Positions 48,276 through 57,320 of a stretch of 64,000 nt of DNA are shown here, in pieces. The DNA lies in assembly GCA_050633305.1 (NCBI GenBank), contig JBOEGF010000018.1:448001-512000 (forward strand), in the 5' to 3' direction. The notes beneath the pieces were generated by a model. It was not told where the DNA came from. It was given only the letters and a program-made list of their open reading frames with translations, and did not search any database. This DNA comes from Nannocystales bacterium. GTDB lineage: Bacteria; Myxococcota_A; Polyangia; Nannocystales; Nannocystaceae. A program made the translations under genes and the position numbers. How positions within the stretch are numbered: the first letter of the stretch is position 1; every line of letters begins with the position of its first letter.

Positions 48276-49979
48276 TCAGGGGGAGGACAACAGCACCGTG
48301 GTGTTGTCGTCGCCCGTGTTGGTCACGGCGATGTCGCCCACACCATCGTCGTTGAAGTCAGCGACGGCGACCGCGCTGGGTACGCTACCGACGGCGAAGG
48401 TGAACGTGTCGTCGAACGCACCGAGTCCGTTGCCGACCAAGATGGTGACGGTTTCGTCGGTGGCGTTGACCGTGATCAGGTCGAGTTCGTCGTCTGCGTT
48501 GATGTCGGCCGCCGTGATCGCGACCGTACCCGCACCGACCGCGAACGGCACCCCTCCTCCGAACCCTCCGATGCCATTGCCCAGCGCGACGGTGACGAGC
48601 CCCTCCGTGGTGACGACGGCGTCGTCGTTCATGTCACCGTTGATGTCGGCGACGGTAAAGGCCGTTGCCGCCGAGCCAACCGAGGTTGTCGCGGGAGGTC
48701 CGAACAAGCCCGCACCGTTGCCCGCAACCAGGACGACATCACTGCCGACGATGCCGACGATGTCGATGTTGTCGTCGCCCGAGAAGTCGCCCGCAAAAAC
48801 GTCGGGTGCCGCCCCGCCCATGTCGACGGCTGTCGCGTCGCCGAACGCTCCCGCCCCGTCGCCGGGGAGCACGGAGACGCCTGCGCTCGTCTTGGCGATG
48901 ACAGCGTCGAGGAAGGTGTCTTCGTTGATGTCTGCGAAGCTGACCTGCAGCGGTCCGTTGCCGCCCGCGTCATACGTCGTGACGGCGCCGAACGTCCCGT
49001 CGTCTCCGCCCGGGAGAACACCCAGAGCTTGGTCGCCCTGAAGTGTGACGACAAGCTCCGGGCTTCCGGCACCGTCGAGATCGACCAAGGCCAGCGAGGA
49101 AGGGTTGGTGCCGACGGGGTAGGTCGCGTCGGCGATCAAGATGCCGGTCCCGTTTCCGACGCGGACGCCGACTTCGTTGTCGACTCCGCCTGCGACGATC
49201 AGGTCGGCGTTTCCGTCACCATCGATGTCTTGTGCGAGCACGGCACGAGGCCCAGCGGGCGCATCAAAGGAGAGACCTTCGATGAAGCACACCTCCCCGG
49301 TGTTGACGGTTCCGTCTCCACACTCTCCAGGACCGGTTGTCGGGTCGTCGGTGGTGTCGGTGGCGGTGGTGGAGTCGGTGTCGGTGTCGGCGGCGCTGTC
49401 CGTGGCAGTCGGACCGGCTGTGGTCGAGCCGTCATCGTCCGTCTCCGAACCGGTCGCGGGGTCGGTGTCAGAATCGGTGGCCGTTCCAACGTCGGTATCG
49501 GTGTCCGTGTCGGACGGAATGCTCGAAGACACGATGAGCCCATAGTGGGCGGCAAGCGTATCGTCGGTGCATGTGACCACCTGTGTGTCGAAGTCGATGT
49601 TGGTGCGGGTGAGCGCGGCGTAGGAGCCACCCACGTCACGACCGATGACGAGCTGGTTGGCGTCGCGCCCGTTGACCTCCGCGGCGGTAAACGTGTAGTC
49701 GAGCACCGCGTTGAGCCCCAGCGTCGCTTGCGGGCGGACCGAGTAGTTCGCACCGAGCGCGGCGGGGCCGTCGGCGGTCGCGGTGACCGTGAACTCTGTG
49801 AGCGCCGCGAGTGCCCCCGGCGGGATGGTGATGCGCAGGGCACCCGCCTCGAGGACGCCGCCCTCGGGTCCGATGGACTTGGTCTGCTCACCATTTTGTG
49901 TGGCCTCGTCGGGCTCGTTGCAGCCCGGCACAAGCGCGCACGACAAGGCTGCGACGACGAATGAAAGTCCAGTCCGCAT
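48276..49979 (-). CDS. FG-GAP/VCBS repeat lipoprotein with ZU5-like N-terminal domain
   Basis: VPGC lipobox; IGPEGG...IPPGAL; T/D linker; repeated DxNxDxxxD units. Confidence 0.88.
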   Translation of the reverse strand: MRTGLSFVVAALSCALVPGCNEPDEATQNGEQTKSIGPEGGVLEAGALRITIPPGALAALTEFTVTATADGPAALGANYSVRPQATLGLNAVLDYTFTAAEVNGRDANQLVIGRDVGGSYAALTRTNIDFDTQVVTCTDDTLAAHYGLIVSSSIPSDTDTDTDVGTATDSDTDPATGSETDDDGSTTAGPTATDSAADTDTDSTTATDTTDDPTTGPGECGDGTVNTGEVCFIEGLSFDAPAGPRAVLAQDIDGDGNADLIVAGGVDNEVGVRVGNGTGILIADATYPVGTNPSSLALVDLDGAGSPELVVTLQGDQALGVLPGGDDGTFGAVTTYDAGGNGPLQVSFADINEDTFLDAVIAKTSAGVSVLPGDGAGAFGDATAVDMGGAAPDVFAGDFSGDDNIDIVGIVGSDVVLVAGNGAGLFGPPATTSVGSAATAFTVADINGDMNDDAVVTTEGLVTVALGNGIGGFGGGVPFAVGAGTVAITAADINADDELDLITVNATDETVTILVGNGLGAFDDTFTFAVGSVPSAVAVADFNDDGVGDIAVTNTGDDNTTVLLSSP

Positions 49980-50240
49980 TATCGCGAAATTTAGCATGCG
50001 GGAGTTCCTCCCCGCACGTTCTGCCCCGCTGCGAGAGTCGCCTGCGCATGGGGACAGCGTTGCAGATTGAGTCGATCTGGAGCGGTTGGGGAAGACTCGA
50101 CGTTAGACCTGTGTCTTGGCTTTCGCTCCAGGCGACGACTGACAAGTCTCCCAGGGACAGGGGCGCGACAGGGGTCGGATCGGTCATGGAGCGAAAGGAC
50201 CCGCGCGCCGATTTCGCCGCCCGTTTGCGTCGCGCGCGGC

Positions 50241-51416
50241 CTACGTTGCGTCGGGTGCAGGGGTGTCTGGGCCACTCTCTGGCAACGTTGGCGCCTTGAT
50301 ATACGCCGCGTCGACCTCGCCCGTCAGCGTGCCCAGGAAGGTCATGATCGACTGGGTTTCCCCCGCGGTGAGGGACCCCTTGGCGAGTTGGTGCTCGGCC
50401 ATTTTTTGAACCATGACCTCGAGGCTCTTGATCGAGCCGTCGTGCAGATATGGGCCGGTCTCGGTGATGTTCCGCAGCGAAGGGACCTTGAAGGAAAACT
50501 TGTCCGGTGCGGACTTGGTCAGGGCGAAACGCCCCTCATCTTTGGAGTCCGGCCACGGTTTCACGGAGCCCAGCTTCTGGAATTGGTTGCCGCCCAAGAG
50601 CGCACCTGAGTGACACTGCGTGCAGCCCACATCCATGAAGGTCTTCAGTCCCGCGGCTTCCGCATCGGTGAGCGCGGAGGCGTCACCCGCGATGAACGTG
50701 TCGAATTTGCTGGGGGTCACCAGCTTGCGTTCGAACACGCCGATCGCGTTGGCCATGTTGTCGTACGTGACCGGGTCGGCACTGCCCGGGAACGCCGCCT
50801 TGAACGCTTCGACGTAGCCCGGGATCGACTTCAGGGTCGCGACGACGGTCGCTTCGTCCGGCATGGCCATCTCGACCGGGTTGAGGATCGGTCCCTTTGC
50901 TTGCGCTTCGACGTCTGCAGCGCGGCCGTCCCAAAACTGCGCGAGGTGGAAGGCGGCGTTGTAGACGGTCGGGGAGTTCCGATCGCCGAAGGCCTTCTTG
51001 TGTCCTTCGGAGGTCTTGGCTCGCTTGCCATCGATCTTTCGGACGTCGACGCCGAAGTTCTCCAGGTCGTGGCACGAGTTGCACGACAGATCGTGGTTCT
51101 TCGACAGCCGGGTTTCGTAGTAGAGCATTCGGCCCAGATCCGCTTTGGGTGCGGTCCACGGATTGGCTGCATTCTTGGCCTCGGGATCCAGGGCGCCGAA
51201 CAAGGGTCTCGCAGCGACGAGGACGGCTTCCGGGTTGACCTGCGGGGCCGCCGGGGCGCCCGCAGCTGGTGCATCGCCGTAGGTGCGGGGGGCGGTCGAC
51301 TTGGGAGGCCCGGCTGCGGACCGGTCCTCCTCACACCCGGCCGCGAGTGCGAGTGCAGCGACGGATGCGAGCGCAAAGCCCCTGTAAGTCTGCGGAGTGA
51401 AACGGTATTTCGTCAT
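50241..51416 (-). CDS. Di-haem cytochrome c peroxidase (CCP/MauG family) lipoprotein
   Basis: CNSCH and CTQCH, RNSPTV, QFWDGRA, NPVEM, FKVPSLRN, PYLHDG; AGGAGA RBS. Confidence 0.95.
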   Translation of the reverse strand: MTKYRFTPQTYRGFALASVAALALAAGCEEDRSAAGPPKSTAPRTYGDAPAAGAPAAPQVNPEAVLVAARPLFGALDPEAKNAANPWTAPKADLGRMLYYETRLSKNHDLSCNSCHDLENFGVDVRKIDGKRAKTSEGHKKAFGDRNSPTVYNAAFHLAQFWDGRAADVEAQAKGPILNPVEMAMPDEATVVATLKSIPGYVEAFKAAFPGSADPVTYDNMANAIGVFERKLVTPSKFDTFIAGDASALTDAEAAGLKTFMDVGCTQCHSGALLGGNQFQKLGSVKPWPDSKDEGRFALTKSAPDKFSFKVPSLRNITETGPYLHDGSIKSLEVMVQKMAEHQLAKGSLTAGETQSIMTFLGTLTGEVDAAYIKAPTLPESGPDTPAPDAT

Positions 51417-51542
51417 CGTCGTAGGTCTCCTGGACCGCTCGGGGAACCACTACCCCGCACGGCGACGGCTCGCAACGTTTTGCGCTGTGACTCCGCCTGG
51501 GGTCGGGTTGCTGGGCGTCTCCCCACCTGTCAACGTAGTGGC

Positions 51543-52043
51543 ATGAGCCGCAGGGTTGCCCGCACCATTTTCGTGAGTCTGGTCGCACTCGGCTTCGCCG
51601 GGTGTGGGAGCAAGGACGACGCGACGGCAGCTGAGCGATTGTGGATCTCGACGATCCCGACGAGCCCAAAACAACCCATCAGCGCATTCTTGGCGACGAA
51701 GGCGAAGGATGGAAAGTACATCGGCGCGTTCTTCACCGGCTCGCTCTATCGGGGGGGGCACGACGTGTTCACGTGGTCGTCGCGTTCGGGAGGCGCCGAC
51801 CTGGTTTTCCTCCAAGATGGCTCCAAGGCCCGGCTTCGGTTCGAGTCGTGCAAACCCAGCAAGGGCTTTGACCACTGCCTGATGGTCAAGGGCGACCCGA
51901 CCGGCACCGGCCGCTACCAGTCGCGCAAACGTTGGTCGGTGCGCCGCGGAAAAGGCGAGGCGATTCCATCGCAGCTCTTCCCCCAAGCTGTCGTGGACCT
52001 CGCCGAGGATGACGAAGACCTTCGGGCGCTGCTTCAGCCTTGA
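51543..52043 (+). CDS. Hypothetical lipoprotein
   Basis: Lipobox FAGC; stop overlaps the next TTG start. Confidence 0.75.
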   Translation: MSRRVARTIFVSLVALGFAGCGSKDDATAAERLWISTIPTSPKQPISAFLATKAKDGKYIGAFFTGSLYRGGHDVFTWSSRSGGADLVFLQDGSKARLRFESCKPSKGFDHCLMVKGDPTGTGRYQSRKRWSVRRGKGEAIPSQLFPQAVVDLAEDDEDLRALLQP

Positions 52044-53638
52044 GCGACAAGCCTCAGGCCCTGCTCGAGCGACTCGTCGGCCAGTTCGCGTCGCCGTACG
52101 ACTTCCTCCGAGAGCTCGTGCAGAACGCGATGGATGCCGGCAGTGACCTCGTCGAGGTCGAGCTGCATGAGCACCCCGGAGACGCCGACGCCTCGGCTGT
52201 GTTCGAGCTTGTCGTGGTCGACAGCGGCGCGGGCATGGATGAGGAGATCATCGATGGCGAGCTGACGCGATTGTTCGGGACCTCGAAGACCGACGACCGA
52301 ACCATGGCTGGCGGGTTTGGCATCGGCTTCGTGAGTGTGTTCGCGTGGGAGCCCGAACGGGTGTTGGTCCAGACTGGGCGAGGAGGTCAGGCCTGGGAAC
52401 TCCTTTTTCGTGAGGACCGTCGCTTTGAGAAGCGCCCCGTCGACATGCCCCTCGAAGGCACGACGATCCGGCTGTTCCGGCGAGGAGACCCGTCGCAGAG
52501 GCGTGCGATCGCCGAGGCGGTCGAAGATGCGCTGCACCGTTGGTGTCGTTTCGTGCCGATGGAAATCTCGTTCGAGGACGTCGAGTCGGGTGTCGGGCCG
52601 GTCGAGATTTCGGAGTCCTTCGAGCCGCTCGACGTTGCGGCCGATGTGTCGTGGTCACACGGCGCAAGCCGAGCTCAGCTCGCCTTTGGGCCCGACCCGC
52701 AGACCATCCTCCTGCGCCGCGGCTTGGTTCTCGAGACGGGGCGGACCTCCGACCTACTGCCCGAGCTCAGCGCTGCGGTCGGAGAGGCGACCGCGCGGCA
52801 TTTGGTGGTGCGACTGGATTCGCCTCGTCTACGGACAGGACTCGCGAGGGATGGGGTTGTCCGGGACGCGGACCGAGATGCGTTGGAACGCGAGCTTACC
52901 GAGGGCGTCTCTTCGCTCCGAGAGGCGTTGGTCCAACGCGCGGTCGAGACGGCAGGGCAGGGCGGTTGGGACGCATCCTCCGCCGACGCCTACTCTCATT
53001 TGCACGCCCACCTACAGCTCGAGTCGGATGTACTCGAAGACTTGGGCGAGAGGAATGTGCTCCGGATGGCGACGGGCTCCACGGTCTGTGCGCGCACGAT
53101 CCGGCATCGAGCCCGGCTTGGACTGGTGGCGCTTGCCGACGAAGGCTCGCTCGAGCTGAGGCTGTTGGCGCTGAGGTCGGGGATCCCGGTGCTGCAAGGT
53201 CGGTGGGACATCGACCGGCCGTGGCTACAGGCGTTGCTGGGTCGCTTCGACCTCGACGTACGCCCGTTGTCGCAAGCGGTCAGCCGCGCCACGCCTCTGG
53301 AAACCCCGGCGGCACTGGCTCATCTGACGCTGGGACTGATTCGAGACTTCGCTCCGCTGCGTGGGTTGCAGTGGTGTGAACTCGACGACGCGGAGCCTCG
53401 GGTGTTGGGCGGCGTGGCTGCGACGGACACCGGCGTTGTCACCGGCGCGTCATGGACCGCGCACGCCCTCGAGGACCGAGTCCTGTGGCTTCGAGCGTCC
53501 CACCCCATCGTGCGTCGCGCGGTCTCCACGGCCATCGTCCGGCCCGAGGTCGCAGCCCTGGGGCTCGCGATCGCAATCCTTGCGCGCGGGGACCACGATT
53601 CTGACCCGCTGCTCGACCGATGGAAGGCGTTGTCTTGA
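52040..53638 (+). CDS. GHKL (HSP90-like) ATPase domain protein
   Basis: FLRELVQNAMDA, DSGAGM, FGTSK, GGFGIGFVS, EGTTI; C-terminal HPIVR. Confidence 0.9.
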   Translation: MSDKPQALLERLVGQFASPYDFLRELVQNAMDAGSDLVEVELHEHPGDADASAVFELVVVDSGAGMDEEIIDGELTRLFGTSKTDDRTMAGGFGIGFVSVFAWEPERVLVQTGRGGQAWELLFREDRRFEKRPVDMPLEGTTIRLFRRGDPSQRRAIAEAVEDALHRWCRFVPMEISFEDVESGVGPVEISESFEPLDVAADVSWSHGASRAQLAFGPDPQTILLRRGLVLETGRTSDLLPELSAAVGEATARHLVVRLDSPRLRTGLARDGVVRDADRDALERELTEGVSSLREALVQRAVETAGQGGWDASSADAYSHLHAHLQLESDVLEDLGERNVLRMATGSTVCARTIRHRARLGLVALADEGSLELRLLALRSGIPVLQGRWDIDRPWLQALLGRFDLDVRPLSQAVSRATPLETPAALAHLTLGLIRDFAPLRGLQWCELDDAEPRVLGGVAATDTGVVTGASWTAHALEDRVLWLRASHPIVRRAVSTAIVRPEVAALGLAIAILARGDHDSDPLLDRWKALS

Positions 53639-56532
53639 GCGCCCTGGATCAATGCGTCGAAGCTGCTTCGCTGGCCAGTGGTCAGCCGATGCCTCTGCGT
53701 AGCTTCACGGCATCCGTCGAAGCCGGCGTGCTGGCGATGCGACGGACGAGCGAGCCCTGGCTGTTTGCGACGTCCCTGCTTCGGTGTGGGCTGTGCGTCG
53801 CACCCCGTGTGGTGGCGCGAGTGCGAAACCAGGAACTCGACGGACACACGACCCTGCAGCTGGACCTGCGGTTCTCCGCCACGCAGTGGGAGTGGCCGGA
53901 CCTCTCCGCGCTGCTCGATGCGTCGATTCGCGACGACATTCGAGTCGATGGGCCCGAGCGCTGGCGCTTCCTGGCGGGTAGGGCGGTCAACGGCGCGATG
54001 GCGAGTCAGCCGCGCTGGGTCGAGCTGCACACCCCGGCAGGGGCACGGCGGTGGACTTGGTCCGCGGGGGCATCGCAGGGGAGGGACCCCTATGAAGTCC
54101 AGCGGATTCACAGTGACGTCGAGGACGATGGGGTGTCGTTGCGCGTCTCGCATCAAGCCCAGGGCGTCGCGGCGGTCTGGGCCCGATGGACCGGCCGTCA
54201 CGCACCCTTGGCGCAGGTCGCAGCACTGTGGTCCAAGGGACTCGGACGCCCTGTCACCGAGGAGGCGTTGGGGGATGGCGTCGTGGTCGAGCGACTCGAC
54301 CCTACCCGGTCGGAGGACTTTGGCCCCGCCGGATGCTGGTGGGCAGAAACGGATGGAGGACTCCACCTTCGGCGTGAAGGGGTTCGGGTCGCCTCGCTTC
54401 CCGATGTCACGACTCCCGACGGGGAGCTGCTTCACGGCGATCTGGATGCGCCGAAGCTCAGGCTCGACGCGGACGGGCATCGCGTCCATCTCGACGATGC
54501 TTGGCATGAAGTTGTCGCGTGGCTCCACGCGAGCGCGCAGCCACGGTCGCGCGAGATTCCCAAGGTGGTGGTGGACTGGCAAGGGCACCCTCGGGCGGTG
54601 GAGACCCTTCGCGACACCGACGAGGTCGTCTTCGCGTGGCCGCACCGGTTGGAGGCGGACCGGGGAGCGTTGTGGGCGGTTGAGTCTCTCTCTCCCCCTC
54701 AACTGGCCTGGCTTCGCGAGCACACCGAAGCGCGCTTCATTCCGGCTTCGCCGCTCGCTTCGGGGAAGCTTCAAGATCGTGTCGACGCGGCCGCGCTCGA
54801 AGCCGGGAGCGTCGGGCCGGTCTCTTTGGGGGACGTTCTCTCTGCGACGGTCCGCGGCTACATCCACCGTCATCCGATCGCGACCCGCGGTGTCGTCGAG
54901 GTTCACGGTTTTGGCCGGAAGGTCTTGAAGGGGGAAGCGCTCGAACTCCCGGGGATCACCGTCGTTGCCGAACTCTCGGACGGCGATGTAAACGAAGAAC
55001 GGGCAACGGAGGTCGCGGCGGCCGCCTGCAACCTGGCACGCGAGCGCGCCGATGTGCTGACCCAGGCGGTGCTTCAGGGGCTGCCTGACGACGCTTCACG
55101 TGTTCGCGCACCGTGGTTCAACCACCGGTGGGACCAGCTCGGCCCGCTGGACATCGCGCTTCGATACGTCCCCCACGGGGCTGGGGTCTTGCTGAAATGG
55201 CGTGACGAGCCGCTGCTCCAAATCACCGTCGCTCACGGAAGAGACGGCACGCCGTACTCGGGGTCGGACGCGCTCAAGCGGCTCCGTGACGTCGGTGGAA
55301 TCGTGATCGCTCAAGGGGGCGGGCGCTGGCACACGCTCGAGTCCTCCGATCCTGCATGGGTGCCGTGGGAACTCACCGGAGGTGGGGCAACGCTGCTGAA
55401 GAAACTCGTGGGGGCGTGGGGATTGTGGCGGATGCCCATGGTCGCCGAGGCCCAACTGAGACCTGGGCCGCTCGCCAGCCAGAGCCATGTCCGCCTGAGC
55501 GCGGCACGCAGCGCCGAGCTGGTGCCAGAGCTTCGGGCGCATGGTCGGTCTCGGGAGCGCGCTCGCATGGCGCTGCTGGCCCACCTACTGTGGGCGCGGA
55601 TGACGGGCGAGCCCACCCACGGTCTCGAGACCGTTCCGGTGCTCGTCGCCTACGACCCGCAGTCTGCGATGCCGCGTGCCCACGTTTCGCTTGGGCAGCT
55701 CGTCGCCTCCGGCTCCTACGCGACGGTGTTGCCCGGCGGCGCTGGGCATCGGGAGCTTGCGCACCCCGTCATCGAGGCCGAACCCGCAGTTGCCGATGCT
55801 CTGGTCGAGCTGGGCCTGCTGTCGTGCGGCTCGTTTGCGGCTGGCGGTGGCACTCGAACCCGCACCGCAGCCGCACCGCCCAAGGCCCCGCGCCGGGTTT
55901 GGTTGCGACAACCCGTGGCCGACGCCATGGCCGTTGGCGCGCTCACCGTGGCCGAAGGGTCTGCTGGGGTCGAGTTGTGGGCGGACGGACTGCGGAACCG
56001 AACCCTCGTGCTCCCAGCGCCGTACGGATCCGTTTCCGGCCGGGTCTGGCTCCAAGGGCAAGTCTCGGAACCGGCGCTGGTGCGACTGCTGCACAGCACG
56101 GCGGATGCGTTGCTCGAGACAGCGCGGCGTGTCGTGCTGCTCGCAGTCCCGGGCTCAGAGCGGGCTCGTGCGCTTCAGACGTTTGTGGACTCGATACCAG
56201 TAACGCTCGGGGCCGCGGGCGTGATGCGTCGGGTCGCGCCCGTGCTGGGCTCGGACCGATTGGGCGCGACCCTGCGGTTTGCGCTGGGCCGAGCTCCGGT
56301 GATCGAGGTCTCTCGGCTTTCTTGGAGTCTGCTCCGCGACGATGAGGGCCTGGAGCTCGTCCGTCTCGGGGGCCTGCATCCGCTCGTTCGCGCGGCGCGG
56401 GAAGACGGCGCCGATGCCACCGCGATCGGTGCAGCGGCGCTCTTCGCCCTCTTTGAGCTTCACCGCGCCGGGCGGCTCGACCAGCTTGGGTTTGACGAGG
56501 GGTTGACCCGAGTGTTGGCGGCCTTGGAGTGA
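53620..56532 (+). CDS. Large hypothetical protein, possible degenerate GHKL/HSP90-like partner
   Basis: 970 aa ORF overlapping the ATPase gene end; no intact ATPase motifs; C-terminal HPLVRAA. Confidence 0.7.
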   Translation: MEGVVLSALDQCVEAASLASGQPMPLRSFTASVEAGVLAMRRTSEPWLFATSLLRCGLCVAPRVVARVRNQELDGHTTLQLDLRFSATQWEWPDLSALLDASIRDDIRVDGPERWRFLAGRAVNGAMASQPRWVELHTPAGARRWTWSAGASQGRDPYEVQRIHSDVEDDGVSLRVSHQAQGVAAVWARWTGRHAPLAQVAALWSKGLGRPVTEEALGDGVVVERLDPTRSEDFGPAGCWWAETDGGLHLRREGVRVASLPDVTTPDGELLHGDLDAPKLRLDADGHRVHLDDAWHEVVAWLHASAQPRSREIPKVVVDWQGHPRAVETLRDTDEVVFAWPHRLEADRGALWAVESLSPPQLAWLREHTEARFIPASPLASGKLQDRVDAAALEAGSVGPVSLGDVLSATVRGYIHRHPIATRGVVEVHGFGRKVLKGEALELPGITVVAELSDGDVNEERATEVAAAACNLARERADVLTQAVLQGLPDDASRVRAPWFNHRWDQLGPLDIALRYVPHGAGVLLKWRDEPLLQITVAHGRDGTPYSGSDALKRLRDVGGIVIAQGGGRWHTLESSDPAWVPWELTGGGATLLKKLVGAWGLWRMPMVAEAQLRPGPLASQSHVRLSAARSAELVPELRAHGRSRERARMALLAHLLWARMTGEPTHGLETVPVLVAYDPQSAMPRAHVSLGQLVASGSYATVLPGGAGHRELAHPVIEAEPAVADALVELGLLSCGSFAAGGGTRTRTAAAPPKAPRRVWLRQPVADAMAVGALTVAEGSAGVELWADGLRNRTLVLPAPYGSVSGRVWLQGQVSEPALVRLLHSTADALLETARRVVLLAVPGSERARALQTFVDSIPVTLGAAGVMRRVAPVLGSDRLGATLRFALGRAPVIEVSRLSWSLLRDDEGLELVRLGGLHPLVRAAREDGADATAIGAAALFALFELHRAGRLDQLGFDEGLTRVLAALE

Positions 56533-56558
56533 TGCGGCCACGGTGGTAGACCCCGGCG

Positions 56559-57299
56559 ATGCAGCGCGCCGCCTGGCTCGAGGAGTCGCCCTTCACGCTG
56601 ATGCTCAGCGCGGGATTCTTCGGATTCTTTTCCCACACTGGGCTGCTGCGGGCTCTCGAGGATCATGGACTTCGCCCTCAACGCGTGATCGGGTGCTCGG
56701 CTGGGTCGTTGGCGGGTGGGTTGTGGGCCAGCGGCATGGAAGCCGGAACGCTTGCGGACGAACTGGTCTCCCTGCGGCGCGAAGACTTCTGGGATCCGGG
56801 GCTTCCGCTGGGAGGCCTCCTTCGGGGCAGGAAGTTTCGGGAGCATCTTGGACTCCTGCTCGGCCGCCTCGGGGTGGAACGCATCGAACAAACGCCGCTG
56901 CGCTTTTCCCCGATTGTGCACGACGTGTTGCGCCGCAAACCGGTTGCGTTGAACGAGGGGCTGCTGAGCGAAGCGATCGTGGCCTCCTGCACGGTGCCGG
57001 TGATGTTTCGTCCGGTGCTGTCACAAGGCCGCGTCCTGGTGGACGGTGGGGTCTCGGACCGCAGTGGCTTCACGGCGCTCGATGGAGACGAGCGGGTGCT
57101 GCTTCATTTTCTCCCGTCCCGCCGCAAGGTGAAATGGGGAGCGCCGGCGCCTGTCCCTACCGAGGTACCCGGCGCACAGTCCCTCCTGCTGGTGACGCCC
57201 GACCTTCCCAAGGTCACTCCGTTCCGCCTCGAGCAAGGAGCGCTCGCGTACACGCGCACCTACGAGCACGCGCAGCGATGGCTGGGCGAGACGGTGTGA
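56559..57299 (+). CDS. Patatin-like phospholipase
   Basis: SAGFFGFFSHTG, GCSAG nucleophile, DGG. Confidence 0.9.
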   Translation: MQRAAWLEESPFTLMLSAGFFGFFSHTGLLRALEDHGLRPQRVIGCSAGSLAGGLWASGMEAGTLADELVSLRREDFWDPGLPLGGLLRGRKFREHLGLLLGRLGVERIEQTPLRFSPIVHDVLRRKPVALNEGLLSEAIVASCTVPVMFRPVLSQGRVLVDGGVSDRSGFTALDGDERVLLHFLPSRRKVKWGAPAPVPTEVPGAQSLLLVTPDLPKVTPFRLEQGALAYTRTYEHAQRWLGETV

Positions 57300-57320
57300 C
57301 GCTGCGAGACGGTCCCAGCC

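Noticed and set aside
49340..49520. GTCGGT-type short tandem repeats
   Set aside because: They encode the Thr/Asp linker of the FG-GAP lipoprotein; not an independent element.
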